The notes beneath the pieces are model-generated. The model was not told where the DNA came from and made no database searches. It was given only the letters and a program-made list of their open reading frames with translations. A DNA stretch of 42,835 bases from Nemertoderma westbladi (lineage: Eukaryota > Animalia > Xenacoelomorpha): NCBI GenBank assembly GCA_032718475.1, contig JAUCBJ010001619.1, positions 1 to 42,835 on the forward strand, written 5' to 3'. Numbering within the stretch: position 1 is the first letter of the stretch; every line of letters begins with the position of its first letter. Of the stretch, positions 11,911-22,802 are shown in pieces. Both the position numbers and the translations under genes were made by a program.

Positions 11911-13160
11911 TATTGGACGGATCCATCATGGATGTTGGACGGATCCATCATGGATGTATAACGGAGCCATCATGGATGTTGGACGGATCCATCATGGATG
12001 TTTAACGGAGCCATCATGGATGTTGGACGGATCCATCATGGATGTTGGACGGATCCATCATGGATGTTGGACGGATCCATCATGGATGTTGGACGGATCC
12101 ATCATGGATGTTGGACGGATCCATCATGGATGTTGGACGGATCCATCATGGATGTTGGACGGGTCCATCATGGATGTTGGACGGATCCATCATGGATGTT
12201 GGACGGATCCATCATGGATGTTGGACGGATCCATCATGGATGTTGGACGGATCCATCATGGATGTTGGACGGATCCATCATGGATGTTGGACGGATCCAT
12301 CATGGATGTTGGACGGATCCATCATGGATGTTGGACGGATCCATCATGGATGTTGGACGGATCCATCATGGATGTTGGACGGATCCATCATGGATGTTGG
12401 ACGGATCCATCATGGATGTTGGACGGATCCATCATGGATGTTGGACGGATCCATCATGGATGTTGGACGGATCCATCATGGATGTTGGACGTATCCATCA
12501 TGGATGTTGGACGGATCCATCATGGATGTTGGACGGATCCATCATGGATGTTGGACGGATCCCTCATGGATGTTGGACGGATCCATAATGGATGTTGGAC
12601 GGATCCATCATGGATGTTGGACGGATCCATCATGGATGTTGGACGGATCCATCATGGATGTCCTTATTTCTCACGCGTGTTTGTTTGTTTGTGTGTTTGT
12701 TTGTTTGTACACACAATTTCTGTCACTTAATGTTGATGGATTTGGATAAACTTTGATATAGGTTCATTATCGGACCTACTTGTGTATGCAAGGTTTTGGT
12801 TGCTAGGGACCTGTTGGTTGCCTAGCAACAGTGAAATTATTTCTAGAATGACCGATCATAATCGTAGAATTCATCTCAATCAAAGTTCTGTCGACACCCC
12901 ATGGGGAGCATCTATTGGACATGCTTTCTGCAAAATTTCGCTTTATTTCGTTCAGAATGGTAGGAGAAGATAAATATATACTTACATACAGTGTTTATTT
13001 TACATACAATATATACTACTATTGTGTACTTCGCCCAATGTTTGGTTTTGCGTTTTTCGTTATTAGACTGCCCTGCAAATTCGCGTATATTATTACAACA
13101 ATATTGGTAGCAATGGATCCGTCCATTATTGTAAGCTTGTGCAAGCTTGTATTACTCATT
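11911..13160 (+). mobile_element. Helentron-like non-autonomous element (HINE/DINE-1-type structure)
   Basis: 5' hairpin containing subTIR TGGACGGATCCAT, (GTTT/GT)n microsatellite at ~12677-12708, inverted subTIR ATGGATCCGTCCA at 13113-13125, then 3' stem-loop AAGCTT-GTGC-AAGCTT. Confidence 0.65.
11913..12660. repeat. 22-bp tandem repeat, about 34 copies (TTGGACGGATCCATCATGGATG)
   Basis: Directly visible, near-perfect. The unit contains the hairpin ATCCA-TCA-TGGAT. Confidence 0.97.
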
Positions 13161-13787
13161 TCCCATTGAATCACAGCTTATTGTTAAATAAATTAAATTA
13201 TTCTGCAACATTAGTAATTTGCCGCTTACTCTTGTGGCAAATTTCTTTGTTTGGCTTGTGTTATGCAAATTCACGCAGAATTTCCTTGAATAAACCAAGG
13301 ACTTCTAGAATAAACATATTATGATTCTCAAAATATAATTTTATAGACTTTTTTGGGCATTAACGAGGTAATATAGAATCCAAAATATGTGGTTCGGATT
13401 GATTACGAAATACTTATGGGTTTTTTCTAGATTGACTCGACTATAAGGAAATCTCCGAGAATGTAAATAAAAGCGAGTCATCCTATATGATTTCATATTA
13501 TTTTGCAAATTAATTTTTAATGTAGAACTCCGAAACTGTTTATAAGCCGATCTTGTTGATAAATCGTAGTAACAAATTAAATTTTAGATTAATATATTGA
13601 AGAAATGTGAATGTAGAGTGAATCGGACGAACACTGTATTTATATATTATTATATTTCATACTATATGTTTTTCCCGGAAAATTCATTTTTGGTTCCCTT
13701 TAGGATAAAAAAGCGCACAATATTACATGAATACATTTAACAGAACTGAATTTCTTTAATACTTATGTTGTTATTATATCGCTCTAG

Positions 13788-14090
13788 AGAAACTATACTT
13801 TACAGGCAGAATATTACGCACGTATCGCCAATCATATCGTCTCTAAACTCGAAGAACAGAAGGCAGCACTTCTAAGCGACGAGGCTGACAATAGACCCGA
13901 AAACAAGTTGGATTCCAACATGGAGCGGATACCTGAATCGGGTGACGAAACCACAGAATCCGTGAAAGATAATAAGCAAACACCCGAGCAAGCGGTTATA
14001 GAAGGAAGTCAGTTATCTGACAATGTTATGAAGCGTGGTTATGACAACGCTGATGTAACTAAACGAAGGCGGCGTAGCAATGAGATTGAG
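13788..14090 (+). CDS. Rab-Roc-COR-TIR gene exon 3: charged insertion within Roc
   Basis: Acceptor CTCTAG (alternative in-frame TTTACAG gives start 13806), donor GTAAAG. Open frame RNYTLQAEYYARIANHIVSKLEEQK...SNEIE. Phase 0/0. Confidence 0.75.
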
Positions 14091-14180
14091 GTAAAGTTGA
14101 ATACACAGGTTATTGTCACGAGTAATACAACGTTAGTTAACCTTCTCGTTATAGGCCTAATGTTAAATGTTCCATTTTTT

Positions 14181-14444
14181 TGGGGGTGGGGTGGCAAAGG
14201 GGGCTGATAAAGGGGGTGGTGGCAAAGGGGGCTGATAAAGGGGGTGATGGCAAAGGGGGGTGGGGTGGCAAAGGGGGTGGTAAAGGGGGTGGCAAAGGGG
14301 GTGGCAAAGGGGGAGTGGGAAAGGGGGAGTGGGGGTAGCAAAGGGGTTGGGGTGCAAAGGGTGGTTGTAGAGGGGGGTGGGTGGTGGCAAAGGGGGGTGG
14401 GCTGGGTGTCGCAAAGGGAGGAGGGGGGGGGGGGGGGGGGGGGG
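14181..14444 (+). repeat. G-rich degenerate ~12-bp repeat (GGGGGTGGCAAA) plus poly-G
   Basis: Many consecutive G runs, so G-quadruplex potential. Confidence 0.8.
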
Positions 14445-14590
14445 AATTGAGTAAAGAAAATTTAGAGTAAAGAAATGAACAAGTGCGGCGTTTTCTAATA
14501 TATTATGTGTGTAATTATGGGTCGCAATTGTCAATGATATACAATGATACAATGATATTTATCAATGATATACATTACATCTTTTTATCT

Positions 14591-14743
14591 GGATCCGGAC
14601 AATGGCGACCCGGACAATTGCGACCCGGTCAATTGCGACCCATCAATGTTTTCTAAAATCATGGGTCGCAATTGACCGGGTCGCAATTGTCCGGGTCGCA
14701 ATTGTCCGGGTCGCAATTGTCCAGGTCGCAATTGTCCTAACAT
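14591..14743. repeat. Foldback/MITE-like inverted array of 15-bp units GGACAATTGCGACCC / GGGTCGCAATTGTCC
   Basis: Three units on the left and five reverse-complement units on the right. No TSD found. Confidence 0.65.
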
Positions 14744-15964
14744 GTAGTTCGACATAGGTATTCTGTGTAAATTTTAATATTTACTCTCAACTATCATGTT
14801 CAACCTGCATTCAAGGAACTTCAAAGTATATATTTTTGAGTGCAAATTATTTCAATACAAAACTCTAAGCAGAAGAAACATAGCATATGAAAAATTGTTG
14901 TAAAAACAGTGAAATATTTGTAGGCCTATACAGCCTGATATTTGGAGGTAGTTAATCGAAACTAACGTGATATTCATAAACCTTATTACCAACCGTAATG
15001 ATTAGTAGGCTGAGATTGGCCCCGCAATCGTTGATCAATTTCATTAGTTTCAGGTTCAACATTTTTGTAAAGTTACTAGATTAATTAGCTTTCAGGGTCA
15101 CTGCTTTCCCTTCTAGCTCAGAGGTCCCGTGTTCGATTCGGGATCGAGTCAGTTACAATCTCCTAACTGGCATGCCCTCCATCGTTATTGGAACATGGCT
15201 GGAACATTTTGGTCCAAAATATGTCGAAATTTTTTTTATGGTCTATTATAATGCACCATTGAATGGTGTTTCCAAATCTGAAAACCGCTATTTAATAGCT
15301 CTTTTAGTTTTCAAGTTATCACAATTTCCATTTAGGGATTCCTATTGAAATTACTATTACTATGTATAAGGCAAGGTCGATTATCTCCAAATATTTTTTT
15401 TATGAAATTGTCAACTTCAAAACCCTACTACTACTACAATTTTTGAGCAATTAGTCTGAATCTTTCTGTGGGTGTCTACATAGCCAACCTGCATAAAATC
15501 ATCAGACAACTTTTCGAAATTTTTTGTTAATAAAATTTAATACTATTTATAACAAACCTAAAAATTTGCATAAATTTGCAGCGCCATCTAGCGGTGCAGA
15601 ATTATTTTCACAAAATTTCACCTGATAGTTATGTTGCCCCATCTTTGATCTATCATATAAAAAAACTTTCATGTGATTAGTTTCAAAACTGTAAAAGCCT
15701 TAGGGTTTTAAGCGTAACCAAGTTTTTTTTATTGTTAACTAGTATTAACTAATATTAAATAGCGAAAAAATTTTTTTTCTGAGCTGTCATGTAGAATAGC
15801 ATCTTAGGCACCTATATTCCAAATTTAAGCCAAAACCAAACAATTTTGAAAAGCTGAGAGTGATAAATCGAGGAGTTGTCCGAAAATGGTGTACCCCCCC
15901 CCCCCCCCCCCCCCTTAAGTAATGTTGAAATGTTAGAATAATAACCATTATTGTTTTTCTTTAG

Positions 15965-16179
15965 AATGATCTTATTAAGGCTGCTTACAGCGGCATTGAA
16001 GAAAAACTAGAAGAAGCAGATATTCCTGAAGAAGTTATTGAAATAGTGAAAAATAGATTAAATAATCCTCAGACTATAATTGAATCAGAGGATTCTACTG
16101 GTAAACTGAGTTTAAGTATTTGGGACTTCGCAGGGCAGTCTATATATTACACAACCCATCAGGTCTTCTTAACTCACAG
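15965..16179 (+). CDS. Rab-Roc-COR-TIR gene exon 4: Roc G3/switch II (absent from the ORF track)
   Basis: Acceptor TTTTTCTTTAG, donor GTAAGA. Translates ...LSLSIWDFAGQSIYYTTHQVFLTH, the Roc hallmark. Phase 0/2. Confidence 0.93.
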
Positions 16180-16581
16180 GTAAGAATGAAATACTTAGTT
16201 GTTACTGATAATTGGATCTATTAGTTAACAGAATGAACATCGGCTTTGGCGAATTATATTCTTGCATTTTATTTGTTTAAACAGTTGTTACCTCAAGGAA
16301 CAGTTCATTTCAGTGATTTCAAAGTGTACGTCGTTTAATAATATTAATATTAAAATATACCACCCTGAGGGGTAAATCTCAATGACAGGAATTTTACATT
16401 AGGATAGACATTAGATTCGAATTTCACTTAGAAAATTGAGTTGAGTGTTAAGTTGAAGCGAGAATGGCATGATATATGGGAATTGTACAAATTAGCTACG
16501 GTATATTATATTCTGTAAGCACTCAATCGGTGAGGCATTCTTACTGGCTAGGCTTTAAACGATGTGCTTTTCAATTTCTAG

Positions 16582-18073
16582 GGCTATTTATTTACTGGTC
16601 TTCAATCTCGAAGATAATTTAAAATCGCCCGCCAAAACTTTATTAAGGAGACAAATAATGGGCAACGATGCTGACCCAACCAGTGTTTTCGGATATCACG
16701 AGTTTTCCAATCTAGAGTTCATAAGTTTCTGGATGAATTCAATTTACGCATTCGCCGCTAAAAATCAACATAATTCTCAATATGGGGAGATTTGTTGGAA
16801 GTCAACAAACCCACCGGTATTCCTAGTTGGTACCCATAGAGGAAGTTTGCACCAAGACAAAGATATACAGTTCCAATTAGCTAAGAAAAAGTTTGCTGAA
16901 ATTATAGAACATGTTGCAGATAAACCGTATAGCGGACATTTCATACCCCGCTGCTATGCAGTGGAGAACTCTCTTGATGGCTTGGATGATGAGGTAATTA
17001 AACTACGGGAACACATCGAGGAAGTGGCTATGAAACAACCATATATGGGAGAAATGGTGCCCGTCAATTGGCTTCGATTTGAGGAATTTTTGAGCAATCA
17101 TTTACACAAAGGATCTAATTATATTTCTGTCGATGAAATAGAAATTGAGGCTAAAAGACTTAATTTTTATAACAAAGAATCCTTCAATACAATGTTAAGT
17201 TTCTATCACGATTTGGGAAGTTTGGTCCATTACAGTGAAGCGGGTGATAGCCAATACTTACAACGGTTGGTAATACTGAATCCGTGTTGGTTGATTGACG
17301 TATTCAAGAAGGTGATAACAATTGCTGACATCGACGACCAATGGCCATTGCTGCAGTCCAGCTGGACCAAATTAGACTCAAGAGGATTGCTGGAAGAACC
17401 TCTCTTGAATCATATGTGGTCTCAACATCTGGAGCAAAAAGATTCTCTTATCGCCTTAATGGAGAAATTTGACCTTCTTTGCGAACAAATACCTGTTAAG
17501 GACAAAAGAAATTTAGTAAATAAAACTGTTTTGAGAACATATTACGTTCCCACTCGCTTGAAACCCTGCAAAGATGTTAGTTTCCACAAAGCCACAAGCA
17601 ATGACATATCTTTGTACATAGTGTTCGATGGCTTTCTACCTGAAGGTCTGTACAATAGATTGATTATCCGAGCTATAAGATGGAGTCAGGGTAGAGGCGG
17701 ATCTCAACCTAGACTACACCACAGACGGGTTCGCCTTTATTACGACCAAGAACACGATTTTATATTAGTCATGGAGCCGATAAAATTTTCTCGCATCAAA
17801 CTCAATATACTCCGAATCAACGTACAAGGAATCCCTTGCACAAATACAACTGGGGACCAAAATCTCAACCCAAATCCAAGAGCTATTCTCGAAATTCGTC
17901 ACTTTTTAGACGTCAGTTTAAAAGAGTTGCGTATAAATTGGATGAGGAATGTATCATTTTCATGGAAAGTTATTTGTCAGTGTAACCAGGGATGCTCTTT
18001 ACATGATAACGCGCATTGCACGGAGGATGACTGCTTGCATTTCTTGGATTTCAACGATTGTTTAGAAAAAGAT
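16582..18073 (+). CDS. Rab-Roc-COR-TIR gene exon 5: rest of Roc, COR domain, Cys/His motif
   Basis: RAIYLLVFNL, PVFLVGTH, MGEMVPVNWLRFE, MLSFYHDLG, VILNPCWLIDVFKKVIT, LMEKFDLLC, YYVP, LPEGLYNRLI are COR motifs. Acceptor TTTCTAG, donor GTAAGT. Confidence 0.93.
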
Positions 18074-18451
18074 GTAAGTTTTAAATTCTTAGGTAACTAC
18101 ATCCAATCTCTTAAAGATTGCTTAACATCGTAAATGCATAAAATCGTGTACATAAACTCTTGACTATGACTGAAACAGTAAACCGATACATGCAGAACTG
18201 TCTCAAATATTATTAAACAATGGTTTTTCAGTTATATGGATTAGACTTAGGAGGGCAGTATTATTCTTGAGCTAAATATCAACTAGAAATAAAAACCAGC
18301 ACTGTAATGAAGGGGATTTAGGACTGGATGGGAAGATAGGCCGCACATACCTTTCACATAATTATGTTAATATCATGATAATTAAAAAATAAATAAGAAA
18401 TCATATAACAGAGATATAATAATTCTCTATATAATCGTTATTTATATGAAG

Positions 18452-18707
18452 GTGATGCAATGCGTCTATCACCAGCGTACATCAACTAAACATTACCACT
18501 CATGGAATCCGCAAGCATTAATTAACCAACTTTGTGGCGGACCACATAGCGAAGTACATGACACCTCAGTACCCATGAAAGAGACGAACAAAGTCGAGAC
18601 AACGAGTGATCCTGAACTGGCTGTTGAGTCTCCAGAGATTTTTATTAGTTACAACTGGAATATCCAGAACAGCGTGAAGGAATTAAAACAATTTCTGGAA
18701 TTACAAG
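18452..18707 (+). CDS. Rab-Roc-COR-TIR gene exon 6: linker and TIR start
   Basis: Ends EIFISYNWNIQNSVKELKQFLELQ-G (TIR box 1). Donor GTGAGT, phase 0/1. Confidence 0.88.
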
Positions 18708-19389
18708 GTGAGTCTAAACTTAGACAGTTTCTTGACAGTAGGCCGACTTTATTAATTAATAAGATGACATAGGAGTAATCGATATTATAGGTTAATATAT
18801 AATTAGTGGCCTAATATATTATTTTCCATTTTGTTAGTACAGTGAGGACGAGGACTAACACTGCAGGAATGTAAGACATTCGGTGGTACCGATATTTATA
18901 AGCCCCGTAATGGTATGAAACGTCTAACCTGTAGCCCACCTGAGTTCGATTCGGAGTTATGCCGATTTCACATAGATGTGATTATAATAATTATTTAGGT
19001 TCTACAGTATAGGTGTCAGTGCATATAGAAACCAGCCGATTTCGGGCTGAATTCATTTTGGAAAATAGGGAATATAAAGTTAAAAAATAAATTTTTTTCA
19101 AAATTTTTTTTTTCAAAATATGTTCATTAGTTATGTTTATATTCATTGGACATACAAATTTTGATAAAATTATATGTTTTGTCGGTCTGTCCGTCTGTCA
19201 GTCTTATATGTCTATCATATTGTCTGTCCAATTATTCAATGATTCTTAAACATTAGTGAGGTTGGGCGGATTGAAATTATGGGGCTTTTCTGGTGGTCGC
19301 TGATTTCATTTCTGATGTCAGTTTTAATGTATGATGGATTCAAGATTGTTTTTTATGTCAGTCGAGTCGGACAACAGCTCGACTATGGG

Positions 19390-22000
19390 CTAGTATTGTG
19401 TCGTTATGTCACGTCCATGAAGACCGGCCCCGTCGCCACACCTCGCGAACCTCTTCATGGCGCTTAACTAAACCCCCTGACTTGCAGCTCAGTGCATGGG
19501 AGGTAGAGAACTCGCATGTTCGACTGTTCTCCACCGGGGTGCAGGGATGGCTTCCAGTACAGAATCCCATTTCTCTATAAAGGTTACTTCCAGTTCTTCC
19601 CTGGATTTCTTGAGTTCCTGTTTTAGTTGCAAGATGTGATCGGCGACTTGTAGGATTTGTACCGTGTAGGACTTGTAGGCGATTTCGAATCGCCTCTGAA
19701 ACTAAGACAGTGCCTTCGGTGGATGCTTGACGTGCCGGCACTCTTCTAATCAATGGATCCCGAAGTCCAATTCCTCTGTGTCGCGTTGGTAGTAAAAGCA
19801 ACTCCTCATCCATATCCCCAAGAACTGGAAACCCGAAAATGGCAGGTATGAAGTCGAGGAGGAGAGCCGTCCGGATTGGGGCGATTTGGTCTATGGTTGT
19901 AGGGATCACTCTCAGCAGGTAGTCCCATTCCGCTTGGACGCAGAGTGAGACCGCAGTATGCGCCAATTGTGGGTATTCCTTGGCTACTGCTGAAAGTTTA
20001 TGGACACTGTCCTTCCAACCTGCCGCCTTCTCGCTAATGTAGATGTTCCTTCCTGACTCAGCCCCTATGAAACCGCCCAAGAAACGACGTCCGGATACGA
20101 TCTGTACCCCTGTCTGGGCAAATAATTCCTGGGCCTCAACTTCAGGCTTAACAATCAGGAATGTTTTTGACGGCTCGGGAAAGTAACCAAGCATCGGACC
20201 AATCTCCATAAGTACTTCCCACCACTCACGAATACTGGCGAGTTTACCAGCCGATGTGGAGTCATCGGCATACCAACATTGGGTATGATCCCTGTGGTTC
20301 GGGTCCGGTTGTGGAGTAATAACTGGAGCCGATGGCTCCTAGCGATGGTTGAGCGGTACTGATTGTGGAGTCGGTGGGATGAAGTCTGTGGAAGACAGTG
20401 ACTGAGATCCAACTTCGCGCAGCTTCCTAACCAATGGTAGTGGTTGCGCATGCGCATGCGCAGGCGTAGCCAAACATGGCGGCTGGATCCCCTTGCGTCC
20501 AGCCCTCACTGCTCCACAGTGGATCGTTACTGCTGTGTAGGTAGAGTTCTGCGTGTCCGTTATAAGAGTTATATAAAAACCGAGATGCACGGTGCCATAG
20601 GACTCTGCAGTTCCAAAGAGAAAGTGGCCGACTCACTGAGTTAAATGCGTTTTTTGCGTCAACGAGAAGCATTGCTTGAGTTTCATCATCCTCGAATACA
20701 GCTGTCATTGCGTGGACTGCCGCTTCGATGCTGGCCTTTATTCCTGCACACAACTGGTCGGCGCCGCACTTCTGAATGAGATCAGCCTTGGTTACTTCCA
20801 TAAGGCAATTCGCTATAAGGCGGTACAGCACTTCAGGGATTCCAACGGCCGAACTCCGGGTAGTTTGTCGAGTGCCACTAAACGGCAGGCCCGCAGTGCC
20901 CGAATCTCTCCCCATGGTACAACCGTATTGGCCAGACAATGAGTCAATCCCGCTATGGCTTCCCGGAGCCTGGAGCTGTGACCTTCATACCTCGTTAGGA
21001 GTGCGCACCAAAACTCACATTCACCTCCAACCGGTCCTACGCCACTATGCAATGCTCTCGCGTTTTTCGAAACAAGCTGCCCAGTAATATCGATCCCTTT
21101 GAACTGCGGCAGGTCGGGACAGGGGTCTAGTGATTCCACCGGAACTTCCATCTGAGGTGGGTGTTTCTCCACCAGGACGTCTCTAACCGTGACACCAAGG
21201 GGTTTACCCTCTGCCTGCGCATTTGGATCAAAAACTCCGCCAGAATCCCGATCTGTCACTAACCTCACTGTGGCCCGGTTCATCCCCACGAGAATCTTTC
21301 GGATGAATAACCGTGCTGAATTATCAGCTGTGGAAACGCCTCTACTCGAAGGGAACTTCACTTTACAGTGCACCGACTCGGTGAGGAGGGGGTCGAACTC
21401 GCCACGCTCCCACATCTCAACACGCCTCAGTATCGTTCTCCTGATATCAGGACTCTTTACTACATCCGGGTCCCTCTGAAATGTTAAGGCGATGAAGCAC
21501 AGAGGGCGCTCTGAAGGGTGCTGACCCTGAGTAAGGCCTTCAATCTCCTGGGTGAGAACATCTATGACCTTACGCCCAGCATTGCCACCCGGAACCACAT
21601 ACCTCCTACTGGGTAACTGAGCCAGACGAGCATGTCTAGCTTCCCAAACAGGATCCATTGAGCTTCCAGGACCGTTAATCCACATGCCACCGAAGGCGGA
21701 CTCGAGGACCTCGGAAGTTGAGACAGGCGTTGAAGGTGACGACTCACGAGAACCTGCTACCAGAGAAGGGCCCGAGCTAGTGGGAAAAAGTTGGCCTGCG
21801 TTAATTCCAGCTGCCAAGCTTGCATTACTGTTTAGAGCGGCTGTTTGTGGGTTTAAACAGCTTCCTGACGACGACGGCGTGCAATTTGCACATGGGCGTT
21901 GCGCCCTGACACATCCACATCGACTGGTGGGGCTACATCCACTACTCACGCAGCCACAGCAGCGCTGTTAACTGAGCGACATTGGATCCTGGTTGTTAAC
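19390..22000 (-). mobile_element. Decayed CRE-clade-like non-LTR retrotransposon (RT with frameshifts and stops, 3' endonuclease region missing)
   Basis: Cys-rich N-terminus (CCGC..RCGC..CANC.P...C.N), then ACRLVALDKLPGVRP, CGADQLCAG, LLVDAKNAFNS, TQGDP, QCWYADDS (~20257-20280) and GYFPEPSKT spread over several frames. Probable original ATG at 21982 with an early stop. GC-rich relative to flanks. Confidence 0.88.
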
Positions 22001-22129
22001 AGTACAACGTAATTTATTGCAGTATTTGTCAAATCGAAATATCAGTAGGCCTAATCTTACGGACATCTACAGAGACTGTGAAAATAATTACATATTTGTT
22101 GCTATTATTATCATATGTCTATTGCTTAG

Positions 22130-22331
22130 GATTCACTTGTTGGATGGATGTGGGACAAATGGGTGGAGGAGATAGACTATTCTCTCGCATCGATCAGGGC
22201 ATAACCAACTCACAGGTCGTTGTCCCTTGCGTTACGCGATCCTATCTTGCGTCGAGATTCTGCGTTGCCGAAACACTATTAGCGTTCGAACGCAGAAAAA
22301 TGATATGCCCAGTGATATTTGAGGACATGAG
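22130..22331 (+). CDS. Rab-Roc-COR-TIR gene exon 7: TIR core
   Basis: GFTCWMDVGQMGGGDRLFSRIDQGITNSQVVVPCVTRSYLASRFCVAE...ICPVIFE (TIR_2-type). Acceptor TTGCTTAG, donor GTAAAT, phase 1/2. Confidence 0.92.
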
Positions 22332-22486
22332 GTAAATTTACCCAACCCATCCAATCCACAAGTTTAACATATTTAAATTACATAAACTAAGCATGTAAGA
22401 GCTACATTAACTTATAACAGAACATATTAGTATAGTTCCTCTATAAACGTAATATTTGTCTTATGAAATTTAAACTTATATTCTAG

Positions 22487-22802
22487 AACTCAATGTTGGC
22501 CTCCGTCCGGAGACCTTGCTGTCCCTTTTACAGGGACGATCTACCTCGATTACACGACAGTTTGTGAAGGACACGATAAACGAGGTTCGTCATCACATGG
22601 ATTAAACGAGTTTGTGGACCGACTCAGAATATATCTTGATCATAAAAACTCAGGAATAAATAAGAGTAGCACAGTGGAAGGGAATAATGGTAGAGATGAT
22701 ACTCAGGGTACGAATAAACTACATCGATACTCTGAGTTTGAAGAAGAACTAGAATTAAAAATTGACCCGAAAATTACAACCAAATGTTGTGTTATTCTTT
22801 AA
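22487..22802 (+). CDS. Rab-Roc-COR-TIR gene exon 8: TIR end and CaaX tail
   Basis: Acceptor TTCTAG. Reads TQCWPPSGDLAVPFTGTIYLDY...KITTKCCVIL*. AATAAA signals near 22904 and 22993. Confidence 0.9.

Noticed and set aside
11954-12749. Three overlapping repeat ORFs (MDVGRIHHGCWTDPSW)
   Set aside because: Translation of a 22-bp tandem repeat that is open in all three frames.
14039-14552. Pro-rich and Gly-rich ORFs
   Set aside because: Translations of the G-rich low-complexity tract.
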